IMG/VR virus record: IMGVR_UViG_3300036886_000043
Span: 33,231-97,230 of that record
Origin: a virus
Length of the DNA stretch: 64,000 nt
Reading direction: 5' to 3' (one strand)
Part shown: piece by piece, positions 35,876 to 45,604 of the stretch
Numbering within the stretch: position 1 is the stretch's first letter
Layout: every line of letters starts with the position of its first letter
Made by a program: the position numbers and the translations under genes
Notes under the pieces: generated by a model
Databases searched by the model: none
What the model was told of the DNA's origin: nothing
The model's input: the letters and a program-made list of their open reading frames with translations, nothing else

Positions 35876-36119
35876 TCTCGGCGTCTACCTTCTTCTTGCG
35901 GCCTCCGTGGTAGCCGCCTGGACGATGGCCGGCGCCGTGACTTAGCTTCGCCATTTCGGAGAAATAGTCTGACTTGAGCTTCCTTTTTGCCGCGGAGATA
36001 GCGCCGATCTTCGCGTAGTAGCCGGGATCGGCCTTGGTGAGCTTCACTTTGACCGCCTGGGCCTTCTGGACCTTCTTGGGGACTACGGCTTTGGGCTTCT
36101 TTATTGTCAGTTTCTTCAT
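35868..36119 (-). CDS. small basic protein
   Basis: K-rich, YYAKIGAIS repeat-like motif; overlaps the downstream start. Confidence 0.6.
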   Translation of the reverse strand: MKKLTIKKPKAVVPKKVQKAQAVKVKLTKADPGYYAKIGAISAAKRKLKSDYFSEMAKLSHGAGHRPGGYHGGRKKKVDAENA

Positions 36120-36212
36120 AGAAATCATTATCCTATATGCCTACATGATGTTTCCACTGCCAAATTTGGGGTCGATTTGACAACTCTAAACGACTGTGCA
36201 ACGATAGTGTGC

Positions 36213-36506
36213 ATGGGAAACAAGACACGACAATACAGCGCAAACAACCTGTTGACTATCGATGGGGCGGCTTTGACTCGGGCTAGAATCAAGTCGCAGC
36301 TTTCGATGGAAGACTTGGTGCAGGGTTTCCCTGGGTGCAACAAAAGCACAGTCAGCCGATGGGAGCAGGGGGTTCTATCGCCTTCGACCGAAAGATTATT
36401 CATGCTGGTGGACCTGTTGGGGACGCATGATTTTGTCCGGTTGAACGGCAAGGCCGTATTGACGGCTGAGGAGATCGAGGTAGTCAGGAAGTTGAGGGAG
36501 GGGTGA
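36213..36506 (+). CDS. XRE/Cro-like HTH regulator
   Basis: ARIKSQLSMEDL...NKSTVSRWEQG...PS; divergent from the minus-strand pair. Confidence 0.85.
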   Translation: MGNKTRQYSANNLLTIDGAALTRARIKSQLSMEDLVQGFPGCNKSTVSRWEQGVLSPSTERLFMLVDLLGTHDFVRLNGKAVLTAEEIEVVRKLREG

Positions 36507-36507
36507 A

Positions 36508-37905
36508 ATGGCAGAAAAAGGACTGGCAGTAGTCGAACATCGTGAAAGTCAACTTGCGCATCCGGTTGAATTCAGCAATGAGCAGGTGCGGCTCCTCGCA
36601 GAAACTATTGCGAGGGGATGCGACCAAAATGAACTGGCGTTCTTTTTGAACGTCTGCAAACTGAAGCGGCTCGATCCGTTTACCGGACAGGTCCACTGCG
36701 TCAAGCGGTGGGATTGGGACTTGGGTCGAGAAAAGATTACCGTCCAGGTGGGCATTGATGGTCTGCGTGTGATCGCAGCGAGGACGGGAGAATTGGCCGG
36801 CAACGATGAGCCAATCTTTGACACCGAAGAAGGGGAACATCCCAATAAAGCAACTGTCACTGTTTATCGGTGGAGCCAAGGGAAGGGTCTTGGAGAACGC
36901 ATCACGTATACGGCGTCGGCTCGTTACAGCGAGTATGCGCAACTGAAAAAGGATGGAAATCCGAACATCATGTGGGCCACAAAGCCTTACATCATGCTCG
37001 GAAAGTGCGCAGAGGCCCTTGCTCTCAGGAAGGCTTTTCCAGACGAACTCAGCGGTATGTATTCTGACGAGGAGATGGATCAGGCTGATAATGATGGCGG
37101 CGTGACCCCTGCATCCTTGGCTAAGAAACCCGTCACTCAGCCGCAGCGTGCCAGCGAACGGGCCGCAAAGGAGGCGGACACGAAGATTTCGCCCGCATCG
37201 ACGACGACTGGTTCAACGACTGGTGGGAACGCAGCCGAGACTAGAGCCGCAGAGAAGCCGGGCGAGAAGGAAGTCTCCGGCATCATCGAAAGCGCAAAGC
37301 AAGCCAAGAGCGGAACCTTGTGGGTCATAGTCAAGGGCGAACCGTTGGTAGTGGCCGTGGACGGGAAGGACATCGACGGCGACATGGTAGCCGGGAACTT
37401 CATCAAGTTCCGCGGCTTGCACAAGTGGAATGACAAGCTGAAGACCGAGCAGAATCCGCATGGAGATTTCTGGTCTCTTGTCGGCTTGATTGAGCTATCT
37501 CCGGTTCAAGAGGCAGAGGTAACGAAGGCCGATGATGGGAAGATGGCTCCTGATGCCTCGGCTACGGCCGATGAGATGTTTGGCAAGCAGGCGCCAGCTG
37601 GCAATGCCGCAATCGAGGACTTGAAGAACAAGGGGCAGGTCACAACTGCTGCGCAGTTGCCGGAGGGGAGCGGGAAGAAGCCGGGAACCATCGGGATCAA
37701 CAGGGCAAAACGGCTTTATGCTATCGCCGGCCAGAATAAGAAAACGACAGGCTTCACCGACGACGACATCAAGAAGGTGTTGGCGAAGTTTCCTCCGCCT
37801 GTTGGTCCTCTCGAACATCTTCGGGATCTCCCGATGGACCTTTACGAGACGTTCGAGAAACTCTGCACAGGAGAAGTGGACTGGAAAGAATACTTGGCTG
37901 ACTGA
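36508..37905 (+). CDS. bet: phage single-strand annealing protein (Bet/RecT family)
   Basis: LDPFTGQVH...QVGIDGLRVIAARTG...MWATKPYIMLGKCAEALALRKAFP...GMYSDEEM. Confidence 0.93.
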   Translation: MAEKGLAVVEHRESQLAHPVEFSNEQVRLLAETIARGCDQNELAFFLNVCKLKRLDPFTGQVHCVKRWDWDLGREKITVQVGIDGLRVIAARTGELAGNDEPIFDTEEGEHPNKATVTVYRWSQGKGLGERITYTASARYSEYAQLKKDGNPNIMWATKPYIMLGKCAEALALRKAFPDELSGMYSDEEMDQADNDGGVTPASLAKKPVTQPQRASERAAKEADTKISPASTTTGSTTGGNAAETRAAEKPGEKEVSGIIESAKQAKSGTLWVIVKGEPLVVAVDGKDIDGDMVAGNFIKFRGLHKWNDKLKTEQNPHGDFWSLVGLIELSPVQEAEVTKADDGKMAPDASATADEMFGKQAPAGNAAIEDLKNKGQVTTAAQLPEGSGKKPGTIGINRAKRLYAIAGQNKKTTGFTDDDIKKVLAKFPPPVGPLEHLRDLPMDLYETFEKLCTGEVDWKEYLAD

Positions 37906-38390
37906 GCGGTTTCCAAAATTTGGAATGAGGTAGAGGATGCGCAAGCCGCAGAGCAGCGAAGAGATTAGGTGGACGCTCTACTTTTGGGCGGTGGTAATCA
38001 TTGTGGGCGGTGGAACGGTTGTGGGAGCCTTTTTCATCGCCAGAGCCGCAGTAAGACTTTTGTCACACAGTTTTGGTTTACCGATGTGAGGAGGGAACGG
38101 GGATGAACGCACAGGAAATACGCAAACGGCAAGAGATCATTGAAAAGGTGATTCTCAAGCGGAATGATTCAATGAACGACGCGCAAGGGATGGGGTATGG
38201 CCTTTGCTTCTGGCTCTCCGAGCTTGCCTTGCAGTTTGCCGAAGCCAATGAGCACCTGGCGAAGATCGCCAACCCGCCGATGGTGGTGGAAAATCAAGAG
38301 GTAGTCCAATGCGCGTTTTGCAATGATCCTGCTACGACAACTACGCAGACATGCGAAAAGCACCAACCGCAGTAAAGGAGGGAAAGTAAC

Positions 38391-38636
38391 ATGGCAGATG
38401 AAAGCGGTTTTGAGGTAATTCCGTCGCAGTCAAGTTCACAGATCGACGGAGTTCAGTTCAACGCAGAAACCAGCCAGGGGAGAATTTCGTTCATCAAGAA
38501 CGGCTCGCTCTATGAGTACGACGACTGCACCCAGGACGAAGCGACTCAGATCGCCAGCGGCGCTATCGGCGGCTCGGTGGGGATTACTTTCGGTCAACTG
38601 TGGAAGGGCGTCAAGCCGTTTCGCAGGATAAGCTGA
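38391..38636 (+). CDS. KTSC domain protein
   Basis: SSQIDGVQFN...F.KNGSLYEY...SVG. Confidence 0.75.
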   Translation: MADESGFEVIPSQSSSQIDGVQFNAETSQGRISFIKNGSLYEYDDCTQDEATQIASGAIGGSVGITFGQLWKGVKPFRRIS

Positions 38637-38881
38637 TGGCCTACTTGGAATTCATCCTCGGCAAGCGTCCCAAGGGCAGGAAGACCGATGTTTGGAAAGT
38701 AGTATCGGCAGGCAAGACTAATGATCTTCTTGCTTCTAGTGGGATAGGTACGGTTGGTTGGTACTCGCATTGGAGACGCTACGTGTTCGAGCCGCGCGTC
38801 GAAACCATCTTCGATCCGGCGTGTCTGCGGGAACTGGCAGACTTTGTGGAGCGGCAAACCGTAGCGCAGAAGGCGAAGTAG
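38636..38881 (+). CDS. hypothetical phage protein
   Basis: RKTDVW...GTVGWYSHWRRYVFEP...CLRELADF. Confidence 0.65.
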   Translation: MAYLEFILGKRPKGRKTDVWKVVSAGKTNDLLASSGIGTVGWYSHWRRYVFEPRVETIFDPACLRELADFVERQTVAQKAK

Positions 38882-38891
38882 GGAGGGTGAC

Positions 38892-39539
38892 GTGGGGAAT
38901 AGCGAATGGGGCGTCGAAATTCCGGGAGGTTCCTTTAGGGAAAAGGACCATGCCTATTTCAACGAGCGGCACACGCGAGTTCCGTCAACGACCCAGGTTT
39001 TCTCCATCCTTGGCTGTAATGATTTTGATGGGGTTCCGCCGGATGTTTTGGAGTGGAAGCGAAACTACGGAATCGCGGTTCACCGGGCCATTGAATTTCT
39101 AGTTGCCGGGGATCTGGATTGGGACTCGCTCGATGAAGCGATCATTCCGGCCGTGACCGGGTTGGAGCAGAAGCTCAAGGCGATGCAATTCAAGTACGAA
39201 GCCGCAGAGGAAATGAAAATCCACTCGCTTTACGGAATGGAATTTGGACTGACGGTTGACTTGCGGGGAACCATCGTTCATCAGGGAAAGACGCGGAACG
39301 CTGTGATCGACCTGAAGAGCGGAGTGAAGTTCTCTCCAACGTGGCGCTGGCAGTTAGGCGGCTACACCGTGGCTCAGGAGAAGATAAACGGTGGCTGGAT
39401 GGGGGTAGTCCTCCAGTTCGACAAACTTGGAGAGGTCCATCCGCATTACATCGACTTGTTGCCGGCACAGAGGGAATTTCAGACATTGCTTGCGGCTTCG
39501 ATTTTGAAGCTCAATGCGGGATTGGCGAAGTTGGGGTAG
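38892..39539 (+). CDS. PD-(D/E)XK exonuclease, probable partner of Bet
   Basis: HAYF...VPSTTQV...GIAVH...TVDL...VIDLKSG...QLGGY. Confidence 0.82.
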   Translation: MGNSEWGVEIPGGSFREKDHAYFNERHTRVPSTTQVFSILGCNDFDGVPPDVLEWKRNYGIAVHRAIEFLVAGDLDWDSLDEAIIPAVTGLEQKLKAMQFKYEAAEEMKIHSLYGMEFGLTVDLRGTIVHQGKTRNAVIDLKSGVKFSPTWRWQLGGYTVAQEKINGGWMGVVLQFDKLGEVHPHYIDLLPAQREFQTLLAASILKLNAGLAKLG

Positions 39540-39576
39540 TATTGTTCATGTAGGCAGATTCAAATTGGAGGGTGAA

Positions 39577-40326
39577 ATGGGAACAACAACGATTAACGGC
39601 GCATTGGTTTTGAAGGTTCCGGCCGAGCTTCTTGGACCGGGTGGGGAGTACGACCGCAGAAGGATCGCACTTCAGAAAGACATCAATCAACTTGTTCTGG
39701 ACGCCAGCAAGATCGTGCAGGTGACGACGCCGGAAGAGTTGGAAAACGCCAACAACGCCGGCCGCGTACTTCAAGCCTCGACGAAGGAAGTCGAGTTGTT
39801 TTACAAGCCGCTGAAGCAGCAGGTGGACGCTTTCAAGGCCCCTCTGTTGGCACACGAGAAGGAGTTCGCAGGGCCGATTGACGCGGAGAAGCGGCGGCTT
39901 GGGGGGCTCATCACCGGCTTCATGCAGGAGCAGGAGCGCAAGCGTCAGGAAGCGGAGCGGATTGCTCGTGAGGAAGCGGACAGGGTTGCCCGCGAGGAGC
40001 AGTTGGCGAGGGCAGTTGAACTGGAGCAGGCTGGAGACACCGAGGCCGCGGAGCAAGTTCTGAATGAGCCTACCATGGCGGCGCCGGTTGTGATTCAGCA
40101 GGAAGCACCTGTGCGGATGGTCGGGCAGGTGGAGACCACGCGATTTGTAGTGACGGTGACGGACGCAAAGGAGATATACAGGGCCATCGCCGAAGGAAAG
40201 TTGTCGATGGAATGTGCGCCGATCAACGTGGCTTGGCTGAATAAGAAAGCCAACCTGGAGAAGCAGGGCTTCGATGTTGTCGGGTGCGTGGCGAAACCGG
40301 AATCAAGCACCCATTTCAGGGCATAG
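39577..40326 (+). CDS. coiled-coil phage protein of the recombination module
   Basis: long E/A/R-rich helix; GGAGGGTG RBS. Confidence 0.65.
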   Translation: MGTTTINGALVLKVPAELLGPGGEYDRRRIALQKDINQLVLDASKIVQVTTPEELENANNAGRVLQASTKEVELFYKPLKQQVDAFKAPLLAHEKEFAGPIDAEKRRLGGLITGFMQEQERKRQEAERIAREEADRVAREEQLARAVELEQAGDTEAAEQVLNEPTMAAPVVIQQEAPVRMVGQVETTRFVVTVTDAKEIYRAIAEGKLSMECAPINVAWLNKKANLEKQGFDVVGCVAKPESSTHFRA

Positions 40327-40615
40327 CAGTTTAGGTTCCTTGGGTGTTGCCTCCCAAGGGAAACGGCAAGGGAGCGAATCCCACTGCCGGTGGCGGCAGG
40401 TAACAGGTATGGCCGGATGGCCTATCCCTGAGCCGAGCCTGGGGGACGCCTTGGGATGCCGCCACGAAGATTTAGCTTTCGGCCGCGACATGCTCTGGCG
40501 AGGCTGAAGGATGCGCGGGTCATTCTGAGGGAAGCGTGACGGGAGTTATCCCAAACAGTCCACACCCCGAACGCATAGAGGAACGGCCCGCGCATTGAAG
40601 ATTGAGGAGGAAAGC

Positions 40616-40852
40616 ATGGACGTTGAAGCAAAAGTGAAGACCATCATCGCCGAACAGTTAATGGTGGATGAAAGCGAAGTGACTCCCGGCTCGAACCTTG
40701 TGGACGACCTCGGGGCTGACTCTCTCGATGTAGTCGAGATTGTCATGCAGGTTGAAGAGGATCTCGACCTTGAAATTTCCGATGAGGAAGCCGAGAACGT
40801 CAAGACCGTGCAGGACATCATTGACGGCATCAAAAGGAAACTGAATCTGTGA
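40616..40852 (+). CDS. acpP: acyl carrier protein
   Basis: [10 protein letters not shown]...[18 protein letters not shown]...ISDEEAE.VKTVQD with the phosphopantetheine Ser intact. Confidence 0.95.
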   Translation: MDVEAKVKTIIAEQLMVDESEVTPGSNLVDDLGADSLDVVEIVMQVEEDLDLEISDEEAENVKTVQDIIDGIKRKLNL

Positions 40853-41219
40853 GCGGCGAGAAGGAAGCGGCGTGCTTGCGGCTTTGCGGCGATTCAGCGA
40901 CTCGCGGCATCCACTTCCAAGGGTGTCCTATTCTGCGGGACATCTGGCTTGGGAAAAAGAGGCCAACACAGAAATTCCAAAATTTGGAAAGTGGAGAGAA
41001 GAAACCATGAGCAAATGGCTTTACGAGCGGTGGATGGAAGGGGGGTGGGAGATTCTGCCTGTTTACAAGAGGGCCATATTCGTCCACACTCCGTCAGCAC
41101 CAGGAGCCCATGACGACATGGTGATGGCAGCGGCTTTGGCAACGAAGATGTTTATGGACAGAATGCCGTGGTGGAAGAAGTTGTTACGCAAGATCAAAAT
41201 CTTTTTCAAGGAGAGAATC

Positions 41220-41600
41220 ATGAAGCGAATTGCAATCATTTTCGGATTAACGGCGCTGATGCTTGGAGCAGCGGTAGCGCAGCAGCCACCGGCTCAACCG
41301 CCTGCTCGACCGCAGGTCGTAACCCCGAAGGCCCCTTACGACAGCGACAAGGCTCAGTTGGCAGTCAAGCAGGAGACGATTCTTCAGTTGACGGCTACTG
41401 CCGATCAGACGGCATTCCAGGCCCACATGAAAGACCTTCAGCAGCAGTATCAAGCCGAGGAAGCCAAACTCATTGCATGGATTGCGGATGTGAAGAAGGT
41501 CAACGCCTGGGACGACAGCTACACCTACGACCGTGTCGGCGACAAGTGGACGCACGCGCCGAAGGCAGAACCCAAACCGGCTGAGACGCCGAAGAAGTAA
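41220..41600 (+). CDS. secreted hypothetical protein
   Basis: AAGGAG RBS; signal peptide MKRIAIIFGLTALMLGAAVA; in frame with the ORF from 41007. Confidence 0.6.
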   Translation: MKRIAIIFGLTALMLGAAVAQQPPAQPPARPQVVTPKAPYDSDKAQLAVKQETILQLTATADQTAFQAHMKDLQQQYQAEEAKLIAWIADVKKVNAWDDSYTYDRVGDKWTHAPKAEPKPAETPKK

Positions 41601-41956
41601 TGCCCACTAACCTCCAGCGCACGATAGAGCGGCAACGGGCGGTGTACGAAACACTAGCTACGCCGCTCTTGTACCAGTTAGCTCGGATACACGGGTTGAG
41701 CATCAGGGAGTTTGCGGACATCTTTGGGATATCGAAGAACCACGCCGAAGCGGTTTTGAAGCATCGGACATCGCCTTCACTGGAGTTGGCATTTCAGATC
41801 GCGCGGTACTTTGATGTGAAGGTGGACGAATTGTTTGGGTGGATGTTCGACGACACTGGGAACCGCAGGCCGTTGGTTGTGGAAGTGAAGGGAAAAGCGT
41901 TCAGGGTGAAGTCTACGGACTCTCCGCTGGAATTGGTGGAGGTTGAGAAGGGGTGA
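41600..41956 (+). CDS. XRE-family HTH regulator
   Basis: GLSIREFADIFGIS...PSLELAFQIARYFDVKVDELF. Confidence 0.85.
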   Translation: MPTNLQRTIERQRAVYETLATPLLYQLARIHGLSIREFADIFGISKNHAEAVLKHRTSPSLELAFQIARYFDVKVDELFGWMFDDTGNRRPLVVEVKGKAFRVKSTDSPLELVEVEKG

Positions 41957-42681
41957 GTGATGGTTGAGGACAAGGCAGGGAAGGCGACGGCGTTCGAGGT
42001 CACGAGAAAACGCCGCTCACCTGTATTTGGGATGAAGCGCCCACTTAAACCAAAGCCGCACGACTGTCCCAACGCTGGCAAGCGGTTCAAGGTGGCTACT
42101 GTTCAATTGGAGGAGTTATGAGCTATAGAAGCCGTCGTATGATCCGTCGCTATAGGCGAAAGCAAGAAGCGCGTCGGGAGGCATGGGGGGATTTTTGGTA
42201 CGGCGTGTTGGTCTTTGTGTTGCATCCCGTAAAAGTGATGCGACGGTTGCGGCGGGTGGCTACCGTGGAACTGGAGGAACTAGCGTGAAGTGTCCAAAGT
42301 GCGGCGGGAGCCTTTACCGGGGTCTGAGTACAGGAACCCTTATATGCCGCAACAGAAAGTGTGGCTACAGGGTTAAGGGAGGGAAGCGATGAGTCATCAA
42401 GGGTTGCCGTCAAGGAGAATGGGAGGTCGCATGGCTGAAGACAAGATGAGAGCGATGAGCGAGATCGAAAAAGGTATTCCGATTCCAGGAGAGAAGCGTC
42501 TTAATCTCGAAGACAAATTCCCGCAATTCCTGAAACTAGAAGTTGGCGATTCCTTTGTCATTTCTGAAAAAGACTTTAGTGCTACCTGCTTTATAGAGAT
42601 AGCCAACTTTGGGACCAGAAACAGACAGTGCCATGAAGTTCGGGAATTAAGCAACAAGAATTTTCGGGTGTGGAGGACAGC

Positions 42682-43176
42682 ATGACGCAACGCTACGCAG
42701 TACCGGAAGACGGCTTGAAGGCAATCTCCGTCGTATTCGATGAGTTTTTAGACAAGCTCGAAGATGCTGATCCTTTTCTCAAGTCAACTATAGAGCGCGA
42801 AGAATTTAAGCGCAAAACTGCCGAAGCCTTGATCCGCTGGCAGTCGGAGAACCCGCAGGTGCCAACTTGGGAACAAAAGAAAGCGTTGCGCTGTCACCTT
42901 CACCCGGCAGAATCTAAAGGCAATGGTGCATGGATGGGAACAACCGACATCGAAGATGGTGCTGTCGAGTGGCAGCGCCGGATGTACCTTGCCCCGGAGC
43001 CGGAAGTGCCGAAGGATGCCAATCGCTTCGGTGCTTTCAATCCCGAGGAGCGCAGCATTTTGCTTGTGCTACTTCAGGAGCGTGCTAACGCAGTGAGCCA
43101 GATTGCATCTGGAGAGCACAGGGTATCAGCCTACCTATTGGCGATTGAACGGCTAGAAGCGGAGGCCCAAGGATGA
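42682..43176 (+). CDS. hypothetical protein
   Basis: GGAGG RBS; overlapping stop/start junctions. Confidence 0.55.
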   Translation: MTQRYAVPEDGLKAISVVFDEFLDKLEDADPFLKSTIEREEFKRKTAEALIRWQSENPQVPTWEQKKALRCHLHPAESKGNGAWMGTTDIEDGAVEWQRRMYLAPEPEVPKDANRFGAFNPEERSILLVLLQERANAVSQIASGEHRVSAYLLAIERLEAEAQG

Positions 43177-43721
43177 GTGTATTTTTAGGAATTGACCCAG
43201 GGGCATTGGGGGCAGTGGCGCTTATCAGACGGGATGGTTCTGTGACCTTTTGGGATACGCCGGTCGTGCATATCAAGAGCGGAAAGAAGACAAGAACGGA
43301 GATGAACGCGGTCGCGGCATCGATGCTACTTTCTGACATCCGAGACGGCAACAAGGATAGCGTATTTGTGACGATTGAAAAGGTCGGAGCAATGCCTGGG
43401 CAGGGGGTCACTTCGATGTTCTCCTTTGGGAAAAACTTTGGAACATGGCTGGGAATCTTGGCGGCCCTCAAGCTCCCCCATCAGCAAGTAGCGCCTGTCA
43501 GTTGGAAGAAAAGGATGATGACCGACATGGGGAAGGACAAGGACGCGAGTCGGGTTCGCGCTATGCAGTTATTTCCAAACGCTCAACGCGATTTGTACCT
43601 GAAGAAGCATCATGGAAGAGCGGACGCATTGTTGATCGCAGAGTACGGAAGGCGGCAACTGGGCGAACCTCAGTGGGAACCGGCAGCGGAAGTTGCCGGG
43701 GCAAGAACGCTGTTTCAATAG
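43173..43721 (+). CDS. RuvC-like Holliday junction resolvase
   Basis: FLGIDPG...IEKV.AMPGQGV.SMFSFG...P..WKK...GRADALLIA. Confidence 0.88.
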   Translation: MSVFLGIDPGALGAVALIRRDGSVTFWDTPVVHIKSGKKTRTEMNAVAASMLLSDIRDGNKDSVFVTIEKVGAMPGQGVTSMFSFGKNFGTWLGILAALKLPHQQVAPVSWKKRMMTDMGKDKDASRVRAMQLFPNAQRDLYLKKHHGRADALLIAEYGRRQLGEPQWEPAAEVAGARTLFQ

Positions 43722-43730
43722 GAGAAACTC

Positions 43731-44309
43731 ATGGCAAAGCAACTCGCACGTCTCAAGGACTTCTTTGAAGGCAAGCGGCGCAGGTGTACGCTCGACGACT
43801 ACCACCAACTGAAGAGCGTCGGCAACGAGAACCGGATGAAGTTGATGATCTCGATGCCGCTCTCGAATCACCCAGTCAGCGGACTCCCTGATGAATTCGT
43901 GGAAGAGTACGCGCTGATGGAGAAGGGAAACTCGGCCGCGAACTTCAAGAAGATTTCGGTTGAGGTCAAGGCCGCAAAGTTCACGATCTTCACCACCGAC
44001 ACGATTAAGAGCCATGTGGTGCGGACGGACGGATGCACATTGAACAGCTTCCGTCTTATCGGCGCCGGCGTGGAAGAGAAGCGAACGGTGTCTCTGGACT
44101 TCATCGTGTATATTCCCTGGAGCGACAACCTGCACAAGTGGTGCGCGGAAAATCTTCATGCTGACTTCTTCTGTGAGACAGTGCCATCACAGATGGAGTT
44201 GGTTGAAGAGGAGCTGGAAAAGCCGAAGGGGAAGAAGAAAGACAAGCGAACAGAGTTTGATCCAGAGGCCATTCAGAAAGCCGCAAAGCAGGGCGATTTG
44301 ATCCAGTAG
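43731..44309 (+). CDS. hypothetical protein
   Basis: AGGAG RBS, 192 aa. Confidence 0.65.
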   Translation: MAKQLARLKDFFEGKRRRCTLDDYHQLKSVGNENRMKLMISMPLSNHPVSGLPDEFVEEYALMEKGNSAANFKKISVEVKAAKFTIFTTDTIKSHVVRTDGCTLNSFRLIGAGVEEKRTVSLDFIVYIPWSDNLHKWCAENLHADFFCETVPSQMELVEEELEKPKGKKKDKRTEFDPEAIQKAAKQGDLIQ

Positions 44310-44458
44310 TTGCGGCTGTATGCAAATTGGGGTAGTCTGTAGTTGCCTGGTCATGTTGGCCGGGAAGTGACCGCAGAATGCAGGCTGCGAGTTGCGCCCT
44401 CCAGCGGCGGGTGGACCCCATCCACCCGCTGCCCTCCGAATGGGGCGGAAAGGGAATC

Positions 44459-45088
44459 ATGGAAGTGACAATCGACACATTGATTATTGAGAAGCTGTCG
44501 TCCAAAGGCATCTTAGCGTATATCGCTGTGTCTCTGGCAGAGGATACAGAGGCCACCACCGCAGCCTTGGCGGGGCTTGTACGGGCTCAGACGGGGGTAA
44601 TGCTTGAGGGGCTGAAGGAACTCGCTGTAGCGGCTCCTGAGTTTATTGCGAAGGCTCCCAAGAATAAGTGGCGGTGTGGGGTAGTGAAAGCCGGCGAGGG
44701 CGTCATACTCCAAAGTTTGGAATCGGAGCGGTACAGGGTTTTCGTGGACGACCTGAAAAAGTATTGGGACTTCCTGAATCCTGGGTTACCGTTTGAGATG
44801 GGCGGCAAAGACGGTGTGCAGATCCGGCGGTTCCTTGCGGACCATCGGCAGTGGACTCAGGAGCAGTGTTTGATAGCCTTGCGGCATCGGGCAATCAGCG
44901 TAGTAAAGTTCGGAGCGGAAAGCCGGACTAGGCCGTTGTGGACCTGGGTGGGACAATTAGACAACTACGCAGCAGGGCCGCTAGACAGGTTCAACAAGCC
45001 GGTGGAGGGGAATGGGAATGGCAAAGCCGCAATCAGAGAGCAAAGCAATCGTCAAGGTGACGAAGCCTACATTGCTAGTCATCTGTGA
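44459..45088 (+). CDS. putative replication initiator-like protein
   Basis: position upstream of a small loader-like ORF and DnaB. Confidence 0.4.
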   Translation: MEVTIDTLIIEKLSSKGILAYIAVSLAEDTEATTAALAGLVRAQTGVMLEGLKELAVAAPEFIAKAPKNKWRCGVVKAGEGVILQSLESERYRVFVDDLKKYWDFLNPGLPFEMGGKDGVQIRRFLADHRQWTQEQCLIALRHRAISVVKFGAESRTRPLWTWVGQLDNYAAGPLDRFNKPVEGNGNGKAAIREQSNRQGDEAYIASHL

Positions 45089-45319
45089 AGACTACGAGGC
45101 GAAGGGCGTAGCGATTCTCGGATACCTGAGACAATTTGCTGCAATCGACCGGCGAGAAGTGACGGACGAACTCCGCGACTCGTACATCAAGGCGATTTGC
45201 GGTCGTAAGCCGGAGTTGTCTTTGCGGCAGGTGGAGAAGGGGTTGGCGGCTTACCTGGAGAGCGGGGACCGTTGGCCGTGGCCGGGGACGTTGATAGAGA
45301 TGATGGAGGAAGAAGTCTG

Positions 45320-45604
45320 ATGCCAGTCAGAATTCAACGCAAGCGCACTAAAGGCTGGAGGGCACCTACGGGTGTTGTGAACTGCACACGACCGGGGAAG
45401 TGGGGAAACCCGTTTCGAGTAGGCATCGATGGCACTGCCGAGGAATGTGTTGCCAAATATCGCGCTAAAATTGACAGCAATGTGTGGACGTTCCCCACGA
45501 AGAAAGACATTCAAGAGCAACTGCGCGGCAAAGACCTGATGTGCTTTTGCGGACCAGACTCGGTGTGTCATGTAGATATTCTTCTGGAGATAGCCAACAA
45601 GTGA
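45320..45604 (+). CDS. DUF4326-family protein
   Basis: RIQRKRTKGWRAP...RPGKWGNPF...LRGKDLMCFC...CHVDILL. Confidence 0.88.
   Translation: MPVRIQRKRTKGWRAPTGVVNCTRPGKWGNPFRVGIDGTAEECVAKYRAKIDSNVWTFPTKKDIQEQLRGKDLMCFCGPDSVCHVDILLEIANK

Noticed and set aside
40330-40410. Cobalamin riboswitch resemblance
   Set aside because: The conserved GCCCCCGCAACTGT and B12-box cores are not present.
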